Positions 25,165-39,253 of a stretch of DNA of 64,000 nucleotides are shown in pieces; within the stretch, counting starts at the first letter, position 1, and every line of letters begins with the position of its first letter. The notes below the pieces were generated by a model that did no database searches, had not been told where the DNA came from, and saw only the letters and a program-made list of their open reading frames with translations. Source of the DNA: Balanoglossus misakiensis. Taxonomy: Eukaryota > Animalia > Hemichordata. The stretch is from assembly GCA_040954595.2 (NCBI GenBank), contig CM082582.2, positions 2,464,303 to 2,528,302 on the forward strand, in the 5' to 3' direction. A program made the translations under genes and the position numbers.

Positions 25165-25306
25165 CAGTGCCCAACGTTCGATTCTGGCAGGTGGTTTCGA
25201 AATTGGATTGTTGTATATGTGGACCAACGGCTTGTGGTCTGTCACAATGGTGAATTTCTGACCATATACATACAAGTGGAATCGTTCGCATGCCCATACA
25301 ACGGCA
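25165..25306 (-). pseudogene. Isolated Ty3/Gypsy RNase H fragment
   Basis: LAVVWACERFHLYVYGQKFTIVTDHKPLVHIYNNPISKPPARIERWAL is the typical Gypsy pol RNase H C-terminal segment. No adjoining pol or LTR sequence was seen. Confidence 0.8.
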
Positions 25307-28300
25307 AGGCCGGGATCCAGCCGGGATCGAGCATTAAACATGAAGCAGACGACAAAAAGTGACAAGACGGGCATCGCGCGTGGCAAAGTGAAAAATATTT
25401 CCACAGAGCAATTTCAAAATAAAACGTCCGTTAATTCAACAGTATTGTTGTTTTATTTATTTGGTTTAAACACGCGCGACTGTGGTTTTTGCTGCCATAT
25501 GCTAGTTCAGCAGGGGCCCGTTTTAGCTCTGCCAGCAGTGCATTATGAGTATTTTAGCATCGCTGGATTGAGCTCTCGTCCAATCAGAATTGCGGACGGT
25601 AGCATGATATAATATAATACTGTATATATACCATTTATATATTTGCGACAAAATTATGGTCATATATTGCCAAAGAAAACAATGGATTTCAAATAGAATT
25701 GTTTTATCAAATTCTGGATATATTTATTATTTAGCAGCATTCAAAAATGGCTAACGATGCAGTTTTTAATTTATTAAATTCATCCATATCAAACACAGAA
25801 ATGTTGTCTACCTAGGATAGGATGACTAGAACAATCATCTATACAAAGTCAGTCCCCCCAGATCAATGAGAATAAAAAGTGCCTTGCTCAAGGGCACAAA
25901 ATCATTGAAGTTTATGCCATTTCCACTCAAGTTGGACTGGAAGTCAAATATGAAGACATTTGTTGGAATTTCTCTTATCTCATATACTTATCTGCATTCT
26001 GATTGTGAGCTGATATGTTATGCGGGATTTTATTCTGAAATTGTTCTTTTTGGTGCTATGGTCTATTTATTTCCTAAGTGTCACATTCCACTGGAATGAA
26101 TTGTCTCTCCCATCAGAAAACAGCATCTAGACCCCCCTGGGGATACCAAATGATGACTCCCTGAGTACTTAACTCACTCCAAAATAAAATCAACCCAGTG
26201 CCAATTCTTCAAACATTTCAAGTAAAATTTGCCTGATAGAAGTTTCTCTTGATGAAAATCACTTGTGACTCTGAAGTGTTGCACAGAAAAGAACTTGTTT
26301 CTTTTTTTCTTTCTTCAAAGGGTGGAAAGTGTACCAGTCACAAATCAACGTCGTAACCAGGGTAACTACCAATTTCATGTCAAAGTTCATACATGCTATC
26401 CTCTGCTCGCATTAATAGCGATGTTTTGGGCGATTTCTGAGGGAGACTACACTTTCTACATGCTCAATCATGAAGGTAGCTGTGTTGTGATTGGTTATCT
26501 ACACATTTGTCTCAGTCAGCAACCAATCAAAGCACAGCTTACTTTCCAGTAGTTGAGTGAAAAAAAAATTCATTAAGTTGGTTATTTTCACAAAGATCAG
26601 TCCTCCAAACTCTTCCATGTTTTTGTATTAAAGTGTATATGAAGTCGATTTGAAAAAAAAAAGATTTTCATCACCTTGGTTTCATAAAAAAATAAACAAT
26701 GTTCACCATGGAGTTATAGCGGCCATTTTGAATTTCAAATTTGAGACAATTTTTGTCATTCAAATTTTTACGGTGAATAATTAATCTGTATTCTTTGTTT
26801 TAAGCAAGAATAATCTAAAGTTGTATTGAGGAGAATATGACTGATTTTGAAGGTGCACATTAAAACCAAACATGAGAAGCAGTAGGAATAGTTCATGTCT
26901 TGTATTGCAATAATTTGGCAGCCCGTGTTCAACTCGGGGGGTGGGGGGTGGGGGGGGGAATGCTAACAATGGACACACATATACACAAAAGATTGCAAAA
27001 GTAAAAGATTTATTTTGAACACATCAAGGATTTTAAAAACCTATAAAGAATCTTTCTGGCTGTGAAGAAGCAGTAAATAATTCATTTCTCAAGTCCTCAT
27101 GAAAAAGAACTGTAAAACTGCAGTTATGGAAACTGCATTGCAAGGATTGGTAACAGATAATATTCATATCCAAGATGAGGTCATACATGGAATAACATTT
27201 AAAGGGACAAAATCTCTCTCTTGCTGCCATTTTTCTGTTAATTATGTTTGATACAAGACTGTGGATATATAGTGAATCAACGTTCGACCACCCACAACTT
27301 CCATCCCACTTGTAGACACGAGAGTTAAACACTCGTCAAAATGAATAATCGGTCTCTACCGTTTATTCATTTTGGCGAGATTTTTACTCTTATATCCTTT
27401 AAACAGGCATAATTTTGAATGATAAAGCGAAACTGATTCAAATTTTAAAATCAAGATGGCCACCATTCAATGTGTATTGAGAAAATTTGAAGTATTTTTA
27501 TTTTTGAGAAAGCAAATTTTTTTCTGTTTTCAAAGTGACTCTTCCCACATTTTAATACTAAAAATATAAAGATATGTTGACCACCTAAATAGCATGTCTG
27601 CAAAATGTGAATGGTGATGTCTGTATTAGTTTATAATTCAAAATTAAGAAAATAGTTTCTCAATCCTAATATGAATGATCTTGAAGTGACAACTTGTGTA
27701 CATAGAAAAAAGATGTTGAGAGTGTGTTCAATGTAATTGAAAGCAAGAAGTGTATGACAACCTCTCTTAAATTGCATATTCTTGGTTAGTCATTTGCTTT
27801 TGGGAAATAGTACACATCAAAACTGAAGTCCAGAACATTACATAAAATCATTGTGAACATGTTCTTAACAAGTGTTTCAGATTTCTGCTTAAACTATTTG
27901 GAATTATTGTTAGTGCAATTTGAAACAAACTAACTCTTTACAAACTAATTTGGCTTTACAAATCAGAGACATTGTATACTGACAGGATATGTATGTTTCA
28001 GCTTTTTTGGCTCAAAATGAACATCTGCAAAACATAGAGTGAATTTCCTAAATCTGTCAACAAACAAAAGTAATGTTTCTACTGAAGATATTGATGATCA
28101 GGATTAAAAATATTACTGTACAGCTTTTTGGTGAAAACAATAATTTGAATAAAAAATGTTGCAACAAATCACAAAAATCACTAGAATTTTTAAAAAATCA
28201 ACTTTATTTTGCTATAATGGTCATTGATGTCATTAGCTGCAGTTTGTAAACTCAACATGACAATTTCTTAGTTGTCACTTTCTCATAATTGTAATTGACT

Positions 28301-28799
28301 CACTTTATTTGCATGTGTCTCCATCCTGTGAAGCTGACATGACATCATGTTCCTTAGAGTGATTTAATTTGTAATTAACCATTACATACACTTCAAATAG
28401 GTCAGTATCTGCAGGATGGTCTTGTACTGTATTTGGGTAATTCACTTTCTGTTATCTCATGCTAGATCTATGTCACAGATTCCATTCATTTATCTTTAGT
28501 TGTGTCACCTGTTGGTAGCTGTTTCTGCAATCACCATCTCCTCGTTGTACAGCCTGGTTATTGAGAAGACAGTAATGGTGGAGGGTGGTTTGGTGTATTG
28601 GCTTTGATTTCTCTGCAGGGCTTATAACAGTATGTGTGTACGGAACCTTTTCCTTGCACACACACATTACGTTACTCAGTTAAATTTCTCAGACATTGCA
28701 ACAAGTTCCATGGAAATACTGCCATCGTTTGCCATACTAATCAGAAATTGATATACTGACGTCACAATGGTCTGCTTCAGAGATGTTGATGTCATCATC

Positions 28800-30059
28800 T
28801 TAAGATGTAAGATGTAGATTAGCCATGTCACCTTCAACATCATGATGATCAGCTGACACACCAAGTTTTCGGAACATCTCATGTATTTCTTCTCTGGCAG
28901 CGTAGACATCACAACTTCCTTGCTCAAAAATTTTAACCAGGTTGGAAAAATTGCTCTTACAGAATTTCTTATCTGCAGTTGGCTGTTGGCCTGCACGTTG
29001 TTGTCCTCCACAGCCCTTGGACCAAACAGATAAAGCATGTTGTGTTGGGGATTGAATCAATGCACTGTATTGCCATGAATCCACCTCCATGCGAGGGATC
29101 CCCATCAAGTCTGCCATAGCCCTGTAGTCATTGCCGGATAAACGGATGATATCCATGATATTAGAAAATATCTTGAGGGCATCCTTCAGCATCCACTTGA
29201 CACCACTTTCATATCCACTGTGTCAGAGGATGGTTGTATCATACCCAGCACAAAGAAAGTCAGTAGCTGCTTCTGAAATCACCATCTCCTCGTTGTACAC
29301 CTTCTCATTCCTCTCTTCTGCTTCCCGAATTTGCTTCAATGTATAGAATGTGACATCTTCAGGGTTGCGATGGATTTGAAGAGAATCTGAACTCAACACG
29401 TGGATGTCAAGTCTTGTACCAGGACAGCAGATCTCTAACACTTCATAGACAATATCAGTTATTGTCTCTAATAATTTGTAGCATTCGCCGATTTCCTCTT
29501 CTTTCTCTGCTCTAACACAAACATGGATAGCTCTCCAACCTTTTGTCATATACACCAAGCCTTCTGCATTGTGACACACTTTGATGCCATTTTTCCATAT
29601 ACCACTTGTCCGTCGGTTGATCTTTCGTAAATGGCGTTCTATTCGGGCGTTAAGTCGGGGGGAAAATCCTGGCGAGAAACTATCAGCATCATCTCTGCAT
29701 TGGAACCGTCTACCATAGTAAATCTTCTTAGTAGCATCCTGTTTCCACTGATTTGCAGGCATATCTGTGTCCAACAACTCAGGTATTACATACCCAGTTA
29801 CAGTATTGGATTCAGAAATGACCTCGTAGAGAAGGGCAAACTCTTTGAGAAGATTTATCAGCAAATCAATATCTGCCAGACCATGGAAAACTTCCTCAAT
29901 TTCGCTTCTCATATGTAAGGACTTCCGTGGCAAGCGGTTTGCAAACTGCTCAAATATTTCAGGAGCCAGCATGGGACCGAATATTCTAGAACATAACCAT
30001 TGGGGATCAAGAACAATGACGTCATCTGAATCTGGTAGGGTACTCTCGATTTGGAACAT
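28800..30059 (-). CDS. Last exon: COR C-terminal part plus death domain; in-frame TGA at 29223-29225
   Basis: Acceptor ttcacag|ATG TTC. ORFs 29223-30059 and 28800-29192 are in frame. Death-domain-like NDYRAMADLMGI...SPTQHALSVW. Confidence 0.8.
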
Positions 30060-30419
30060 CTGTGAATAAACAATGGGGAAAAATACTTATGTTTTGAGAC
30101 ATTTATTCAAATGAAATTGTGCATATATCTTAGTGACACACATACCAGTATGTAGATGTGTGCATGGCTGATCATACATAGGGAAACCGCGAAACCCAGG
30201 CCAAGTCTAGCCTTGCCTGGCCAAACCATCTCGGCTATAGTGATCGAAAAAAAACTCATCAACGCCACAATATTGCCACTGGTGATTTAGGAACAATGTC
30301 AGGGCTATACCCACACTAGTGACACACATGGACCACAAAAACATGTTTATAGCAGAGGGCCTTTTCTGGGTTTTTTTCTCAGTCTTGAATCCCTGTCTAG
30401 ATCCTCAGCAAAAGGCTCT

Positions 30420-33400
30420 GTCAAGCCTTTCACCCCCAGATCCCTCTTAAGAGAACCCAGCCTGTGATTGGAACTGCGCTGAGTACTACAGCTGGCCTTC
30501 AAGGCGCAAGACCGCGGCGTGTATGTACACTTTTCGTGTCCCGGCTGAATCCAGCAACAACATGTGAAAATGTTGAGCGCTATGCTGCGGACAAATTTGA
30601 TGTAGGTGTGAACTGTACAAAACTGAAAACAAAGTATGATATGTATGCTTCTTTTATGGTTGAATTATCTGATGTAGACATTAGAGTTGCCCTTGATCCT
30701 GTAAATTGGCCTCAGGATACTCTTGTAAGAAAATACTATAAATCTCAGACGCCATGACAAAACGCAAAAATAGTTTACGGATTGTGTCATTTAACTGTCG
30801 CTCTGTGAAATCAAGCTTTCATTCTGTGTATGAATTGTGTGAAACCCATGATATTTGTCTTTTACAAGAACACTGGCTTGCTAAGGAAGAGCTGTCAATT
30901 TTACATGACATACATCTGGATTTTATGTCATTCGGAGTATCTGCTTTTGATTCGTCTGAACTCCGTATTGGTAGACCGTACGGGGGGGGGGGGGAGGGGT
31001 TGCAATTCTTTGGCGTAGATCGCTTGGCAAACTTGCCAGTATTGTTGAGTTTGCTGATAGTCGCTTGCTTGGTTTAGTTTTAGAAAATGATACTGACAAA
31101 CTTGTTATTGTAAACTGTTATTTGCCCACCAATACTAATGATAATTTTGAAGTGTTCAGTGAGTACTTGGCGAAAATCAATTCCATTGTTTCTGATATTA
31201 ACACTGGGAATGTCTTTTTTATTGGTGACTGGATTGCTGATGTAACTACTGATACAGGCTTTGGCCATGAGTTGATGGAGCATTGTGAGCAATTTGGTTA
31301 CATCGTTTCTGATGTTGAGCTGCTAGGCAGGGATTCTGGTACGTTTACTTAGATTAGCGATGCTCATGGCAGTACTTCATGGATTGACCACTGTGTTACC
31401 ACTGAAGTTTCTCATAGCAATGTTCTTTCAATTTCGAGCCTTTGCAATGTTGTTGACTCCGACCATATTCCTGTTTCAATAGAGGTTCATTTCAACACTT
31501 CTGCTGATGAAAGCTTCAGCAGTAGTTCCTTCAAGCAATGTAATTTTCGAGTTGATTGGAAAAAATTGTCACAGCAGAATATATCCGCCTACACCCTTGT
31601 ACCAAAGCCAAGATTGATAAGATTAATTTATCCGAACAGTTATTCTGCACTAATGTGAACTGTACAGACCCTTCGCATTTACAGGCAATTGATACTTGTT
31701 ATAGTAGTATTGTGGACGCATTGAATTGTGCTGCAAAATATACCATTAGGCGTAAGTTTCACCAGAAAGTTCATGTTGTACCTGGCTGGAACGATTTTGT
31801 AAAAGAAAGTCACGACTATGCCCGTTCCATGTTTTTATTATGGGTTAATGGGGGTAAACCTAAACAAGGCCCGCTTTTTGAAACCATGAAATCTTTCAGA
31901 GCTCGTTTTAAGTATGCTTTACGTGCTTGTAAAAAGATTGAGAATCAAAATAGGGCTGACAAGATGGCTGACAATTTATGCTGCCACAAACAGAACGACT
32001 TCTGGAAGGAAGTCAGAAAGCAAACTAGCAGAAAAACGCCACTTTCTGACACTGTAGGTGGAGCGACTAAAGAGAGTGAAATTGCAATTATGTGGCACAA
32101 GCATTTCAGTGATATTTTGAATTCTGTCCAGGCTCAGACTGGTAAAAATGACATCGAGGAGAAAATGAAGTATGTTAACTTTTCTTCTGATATGTATGTT
32201 TCTGAAGACGAAGTAATTTCTGCTATACATAAGTTACCTGACGACAAGACAGCTGGCATTGACAATATTTCAGCTGAGCACCTCAAATTCTCAGACTCCT
32301 CTATTTTACCCATTTTGACTTGTTGTATTAATGCTATGATTGTTCATGGTTACCTGCCAACTGAGGCTATCAAAGTTATTTTAGTTCCAATTATTAAGGA
32401 TAAAACTAAGCTTTGTAGTGATGCCAGTAACTACCGGCCGATAGCACTAGCAACTGTTTTCTCTTAAGTTTTTGAGCATATTTTACTTTCTCGTTGTGAG
32501 GAGTTTCTTACCTCTCATTATTTACAATTTGGTTTCAAGCGAGAACATTCAACTGACCTGTGTTTATTTGCATTTAAAGAAATCATTAGCTACTACACCA
32601 GCAATGGAGGACCAGTGTTTACTTGTTTTCTGGACGCTTCAAAAGCTTTTGACAGAGTTAATCACTTTAAACTGGTTAACAAGCTCATTGACAGGAATGT
32701 TCCCTTGTATGCTGTTCGAATTTTATATTACTGGTACAGAAATCAATTGTTTACTGTGTTGTGGGGTAATGAAACCTCAGAGTTGTTTTCTGTTTCTAAC
32801 GGTGTAAGACAAGGGGGAGTACTCTCTCCCTATCTTTTTAATGTCTACATTGATGATCTTATCAATGCACTCTGTAAAGCCAAAGTTGGCTGTACCATGT
32901 GTGGTGTCAGCGCTAACACTTCAGTTTACGCTGACGACATGACTCTACTCAGTCCAAGTGTTAAGGGTCTACGCCGTCTTCTTAGAATTTGTGAAATTAA
33001 TGGCAAGGATTATGATATCATTTATAATTCTAGTAAAACTGTGTGCATGCTTTTTAATGGGAAGAATATGAGCGTTCAAAGAATTCCTTCGGTTAAACTT
33101 AATGACATCACTTTGAAGTTTGTACCTGAACACACCTATCTGGGCCATGTAATATCTTGTGATGGTTGTGATAATGAAGATATTGAACGACAGAGAAGAG
33201 CATTTTGCGTTAGAGCAAACATGCTATTGAGACATTTTCAACATTGTAGTCAAGATGTGAAGAAAGTTTTATTTTTGGCATATTGTAGTAATATTTACTG
33301 TTGCAGTTTGTGGGCATCCTTTAAAGTTAAACCGATGAAAAAATTTAAAACTATGTACAATAATGTTTGGAGAAGACTTCTCGGTCTTCCGCCATTTTGC

Positions 33401-33731
33401 AGTGCATCGGGTATGTTTGCTACAAACCATGTATTGTCACTTGGTGAAGTTTTTAGACGCAATATGTACAGTTTTAAGTGTAGACTCGAAAATTCTTCTA
33501 ATGTTTTACTTGATGCGATCTGTTCATCAGATAGAGCGACTGACAGCATATTTTTCAAACATTGGCGAAAGCAATTGTATATCATGTAATTTTGCAGAGT
33601 TTTTTTTTGTGTGTGTGTGTCTCAGTTTCAGATTTTCCAGAGTATTTTCATTAGTGTTTTTTTTCTTCTCTCTTTTGGGTATATGGACTTTTTTTAAAGT
33701 CTGAAATAAAGTATTATTATTATTATTATTA
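30420..33731 (+). mobile_element. 5'-truncated, decayed RTEX-like LINE in the last intron of the ROCO gene (antisense to it)
   Basis: ORF1 remnant 30464-30757 with ATGA overlap into ORF2 (SFNCRS, LQEHWL, GRPYGG, NYRPIAL, DASKAFD, GVRQGGVLSP, YADD) ending at 33589. Frameshift at the G-run near 30985 and stops at ~31350 and ~32465. gaaataaag followed by a (TAT)n tail at 33712-33731. 5' boundary approximate. Confidence 0.8.
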
Positions 33732-34070
33732 AGGGTTAAATTTGTATGACACTAATCATGATCAAACAAAAAGTGCACTTAACGGTTGACACAAGCACAC
33801 CCCCTGTCAACAAATTTTCCAGCGTTATTTCTGGTTTCTGTATTAGTACTTGCTTTTCACATCCCATGGTTTATATGTTTAAGTCAATGATGCCCTCTAT
33901 TTTCGATGAACCCTGGCATTGATAGGTTTTAAAGAATTTCTAGAAAACTTTCAGAACTCCTGTTGGTCTTTGGAAAGGTTTCATCAGTAATTGTTCTGTG
34001 ATAAACATAATTGCAGTACTGTACTTTCTCCAAACTTTGCGAGAACATTTTCTTGTAGTATGACTTCATA

Positions 34071-34283
34071 CTGTAAAACAGGTTCTTTTCGCGACAGGAA
34101 ATTTTCGCGATATCAAAAGAAGCAACTGTTATGCATGGATTAATTTTGGCTTTCTCGTATTTCACTAACTGCATTGTTATCTAAGAAAAAAAACATTTTA
34201 TGCGACTTTTGTATTTTCACATTTTTGGGGGCTCTCGCATATTTCATGAAAATTTATTGCTCGCGAAATAACCTGTTTTACAG
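34071..34283. mobile_element. Tc1/mariner-pogo-type MITE
   Basis: TA-ctgtaaaacaggtt ... aacctgttttacag-TA. Confidence 0.75.
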
Positions 34284-34358
34284 TATCCTCCATGGATTTC
34301 TTAACCTACTGATCAAGTGGGGTAATGTCTTCAGCAACGATTTCTGTAATAAACTTAC

Positions 34359-37300
34359 CTCCCCAAGGTAGTGAAGGTATCTCGTAGCTTTCTTTAGAAA
34401 CTCTTCATCAATGAAACGATCCAACTCTTTCACTCTTTCTATATATGTTTTCCATTTGATGACCGGGAAACTGCTCACAATCCATTTGCTTCTTCCATCA
34501 AGTATCTTAGCACACAACTTTGGTATGTATTCTTCTCTCTGTAACATTAACACAGCGACATATACCAGGTTCATGTCCAGACAGGGTAAAATTCAAAACA
34601 TTTCATAGACACTATTTGCCAATAGTAAACACAGAGCATTAATCCTTTAAGTCGCCTTGTGTACACACACACAAACAATGGGTTGCGGAGAGGTGTTAAT
34701 CCTTACACTGGCTCAGGTCTGACCAAAGCCGTCTCAAATCTGAGACGTTTCAGGACCACTTAAACCATTCACACATGATAATTTACGCCAGTATTTCATC
34801 TGAGATGTTTCAAAAACGTCTTAAACCCCGGTGCGGAAAGTCCTGGGGTTCGGATTAACGTGTGTTTGTATAGTTGTTTATTTGGGAGTGGTCGTCGTGC
34901 ATAATGACTGTGTAATTGCTCTCATGTACACAGAAAATAATTGAACACTTCACACTTCCACGCGATTGACAACTGTTTGAATGGCGTGGTTATTGTTTCC
35001 CAGGGACGCTTCTGAAAAGCACTGAAACCAGATTTCTCCCAAAATCATCGTTGTTTCATAAGCTCGTGTACTTTTTCGTCGATAACTTTATGTTGTGTGT
35101 GTTTATAAAGCCAACTACTGTCGTTGTGTGGTGTAATTCTTTATGCTTGGACCTGTTTGGGCCGATTTTCATAGAGCCAAGATCGTTGGTGTTGTCTGTT
35201 GTCAGTCAAACGGCATTAAGATTCGCCACTGATTTGGGGGGTCTTTTATACCCCGCACCGGGGTTTAACGATGACCCCCATAATACTGTTGTTTGGTGAA
35301 ATGAACATTCAGAAAAGCAACTCGAACAATACTGGCAACAGTGATATTCACCCTTTACAGACACAGCCCATTATTTAAAGTCTTGTTCTCACTAAAAGTT
35401 TGGACACCAGTGTTATGCCAGTGTTTACTCTCTGCAAACACAGGGGATTAGCCCACAGAATCTCCTTGCGTCCACACACTAAACTTTTGGCCACTGTTTT
35501 GAAATAAACACTGTCTAAATGGCCATGTTTAGCAACACGGCAACTAACAAAATTGAGGATGTCGAGGACATTACAGCAACATGTTGCAGTTTATATACCT
35601 GCATATACGTTCTAGACGACTTTGTGACAGTTTTGATAATGTTTAGAAGTAAATGAATGTTAATCCATAAATGGAAAATGCCTCGGCTTTTTGGTGATCG
35701 AGAGAACCTTCTGAAAGTTGTTAGCAGACTGAAGTGTTGCAGACCTGGCAAACTGCGAATGGTTTGAAAACCACTCGCATCCAGTGTGATTGACTTAACA
35801 ATGGAAACTGACCAAAGACAATGGGCTATACCTAATAAACATACCCAAAAGTCACTGCAGGGTGGCGCTTTTGAACGGTGTTTGTTTATCTTTGCGTTCT
35901 CACTGATTATTTGCGTCGGAGCGCTGGCCCAGCACTGGCCCTGACCCACCACCCATCGCTGTCGCAAATTAACACCGGCCCAACACCGGTGTAAAGCACT
36001 TGTTTTTTTCCGTCGGTGTCAAATCTACACCGATGTAGCACCAGTGTAAACGTGCCAGTGAGAACGCCCTTTTAGACGTTTCTGATACCCGGTAAGTCAA
36101 AAGTATACAACCTTGACTTATTTCCCACTGATAAGAGTTCAGTTATTACTATCTGATAGTTGGCTTTCTTGGACTCTATGCATTACATGAAAGTATTAAG
36201 GTGATGTAAAGCATGCCTTTGTCAAATATGGCCCTAATGAATTAACATGTTCAATCCAGTCACACATTGCAGAATATCTATAAAACCATACCTTTGCACT
36301 TCGTAGACATTCACGCAATCTGTGCATATCATTATGCTGCGAGTTGTGACAATTCAGTATGAATGTCTCATCAAGAATATTCAGGTATTTGCCAAAGGTC
36401 TTCTGAGCTGTCTGGAGTATTTCCCTCATCACCAATTCAGCTATCAAGAAAAAAGTAATGATCTCTTGATAGATTTTTATTTACAAAGTATGGACATATA
36501 CACAGAAGAGGCCACTTTGGTGCTGTTTTGTATTTTTTGAAAGCATCCGGTGAAATTCTACATCAATCACACTATCTGAATAGGTAAAATGTTGAATAGT
36601 AATGAGATCTCCTTTTGCATAGGTTCAGATGTAGTATGGGTGTCCCTTTCGAACAGAACAGCCAAGAATCAGCAAAGGTAAAGACAGCGCCCAACACTAC
36701 ATCTGGTTTTAATCAGATTGAGTGTACTCCCACACCAGGCTCCCAATTGTGTGAATACCCTCGCTCTTGTCACCTTTTATCTAAACATGTACTGAACATA
36801 CCTTCTTTCTTGTGTTCAGCTTTCAACAAATCAGCCTTGCTTCCAATCAATATCACTTTTGGTTTACTCCCACCCTCATCCATATCTTGTGATATGATTG
36901 CCTTAAGGAATGCAAGCCATGATGTCACCTATTAAAGAAAGACATGAAGAAGAATATAAAGTCATCAATCATATTATATTCAATCAGTCCCTAAATCTGG
37001 ATAAAAACAAAAAGAGATAAATGTTTCACAAATATATATACTGTGCCATTCATCTTTACTTTAATTTCATTCACAATATTGCACCACCTAATTCACTGAT
37101 GCACTGCTTAGTAATAAAAAAAATATTGTAATATATGCACTGTGCCCTTTCTGAGTTTCATCTTTACCTTTATTCCATAATTGCCCAAAATATTAATATC
37201 ACTTATCATCAGTAACAAAAAAACAACGACCCACCTCTTGTCTCTGCTGTTGCATAAGTTTTCTTGGTGTCCAAACTACATCCTGCTTGTCCTCAGCCAT

Positions 37301-38090
37301 TTTGAAGACCAATAAAACCACTGCATTCTCGACTCTTAGGAACATATTATGTGTGACATAGTATTCTGTTTGTCCTGCAAAGTCCCACACACTGAACTTG
37401 CCAATCTTGGGTATGGATAATGTGGCTACATCTATGGCGGGTGTTGGTGTGTACTGCATGTTCCCTGGTAAAGGTGCTTTCTCTTCTGACCGTCGAGTCA
37501 ATTTTGCTTGCACAAAGTTCTGCATTGTAATATATGAACATAAGTGATGATTTTCTCACAATTTAGAGGTTGTAAACTTATAAACGGCAAGCGAGAGTAT
37601 TTGATTCCGGATATAAGACCTCCCAGGTGAAACTTAGCATATTTGGTGGGAAATAATCACTGAGCGAGGCGAGGCGTTCTGTTCTATGTGTCCCATTTCG
37701 GTTATTTTTTAGTTATTCACTGTTCAGGGTTCAGGTCTTCTCGTTGAGGATATAAACCGCGACTCGGGCCAATCAGCAAGCTTGATTAATGCCAATCATA
37801 TTGTAATAATATAAAATATTTGGAGAATTGGTTGGTCAACAAAATATGTACCGTGATTTCCACTGAAATGTAGTCTTCATGAAAACTTTAATATTTGCAC
37901 AAATCCTTCACTCCTCAAAAACAGCAATAATTGGCATTCATAATCAAATATTTCTACACACCCGCTGCAATGATTCTTTGAGTGTAGTTTTGCCATTCCC
38001 ACCGTATCCAGCTAACACAATCTTTGTAGTATTACGTTTGACACCAGGTTGTCACATGAGTGCTGTGAATTCTTTTTGGCGGGAAAACAC
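34359..38090 (-). CDS. ROC GTPase and COR N-terminal exons (37962-38090, 37235-37519, 36802-36928, 36292-36440, 34359-34538)
   Basis: All exons have AG/GT boundaries and compatible phases. KIVLAGYGGNGKTTL, TPTPAIDV, WDFAGQTEYYVTH, VILIGSKAD, YLHYLGE. In-frame TGA at 38052-38054, just before the P-loop. Confidence 0.85.
35379..36070 (-). mobile_element. Second, inverted copy of the ~0.7-kb MITE at 4731-5425
   Basis: The reverse complement aligns along its length with copy 1; the spurious ORFs 4842-5027 and 35515-35967 give nearly the same peptide. Confidence 0.85.
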
Positions 38091-39079
38091 CTGTCAGAAT
38101 TTGAACAGATATGTTATGTGTTATATATATTGGGAATTTTTACACTCAATTTACATGCCTTTCAATTAAACACCATGTCTTCAAAGAAGTCACATGACAT
38201 TTTGCTTCAGAAAAGATATTGATAAAAACGCTAGTATCAAAAAATATAATTTACATTGTTAACTACACTATTATGATGTGCTTATGATGTGGAAGCTATC
38301 ATTAACACTATAGAAATAATGCATAGTTAAAGCCTCATGAGCTGCCAAATTTAACATATTTTTTCCATAACTTCTATTTGCATAAGTTTGTCATCTCTTT
38401 GTGACGCACACCTCGATAGTTGTGTACTCTTTGTGTATATTCAACATTGTTATTTTGCAAAATTTGAATTGAAGTCCGGACTAGAATTCATGAGTCAACA
38501 ATAACAATGGTTGTTACAGAGACAGGCAATATACACAAGTTGAGTACTGGGCATATTAGCATGCAGTTTGGAGAAGAACATGAAATTGCATTTTGTACAC
38601 AAAAGGAAAAAAATCTGGAAATAAAGCCAAAAGTTATAGGTAATGTCCCTTTAATGCCTTCCTAGCTGGCACAATAGAATAAGTATGTAGTTAAAAATTT
38701 ATATGACAGTCTGGTTTTATGTTTTCCATGTTATAAATATAGAAGATAAATTCAAATACACTAGTGATATGATATGTTTTCATAGCCATTTATTATCAAC
38801 ATTACGACGTACATTATGATGGTTGATCAGGTCTCTTTTGTCATCTCTGTCATACACTGAGTTTATAACTGCCTGTATTTTCATTGATGAAAACAGAACA
38901 TGTATGATTGATTATATTATACCAGTATATTGATGGTGTAAATCACGCTATTTTATTGGTCGAGACACGACACGTGACTGTGATATATTAGCCATATACC
39001 ACAGTCATATAGCATAGTCAAAGAAAATGCCTTTTTAAAATGTTTTATGCAAAGTTTCAATATACTGGCATAATATAAT

Positions 39080-39253
39080 AGCAATAAAACACCCCCAGCC
39101 ATGGTATACCACTCGATTTTGACCAGTTCACGACATATACGCACTCGATTTTGACCAGTTCACGACATATACGCAGGAGCGATAGCGAGTGCGTATATGT
39201 CGTGAACTGGTCAAAATCGAGTGGTATACCATGGCTGGGGGTGTTTTATTGCT
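39080..39253. repeat. Perfect palindromic MITE with an internal 32-bp tandem duplication
   Basis: Arms agcaataaaacacccccagcc...tatacgcactcg (39080-39147) and its reverse complement (39186-39253). cactcgattttgaccagttcacgacatatacg occurs twice in tandem. Confidence 0.85.

Noticed and set aside
29223-38054. Selenocysteine recoding of the two TGA codons
   Set aside because: The positions are not redox-type Cys sites, no SECIS was recognisable by eye, and CGA>TGA decay is also seen in the neighbouring transposase pseudogene.
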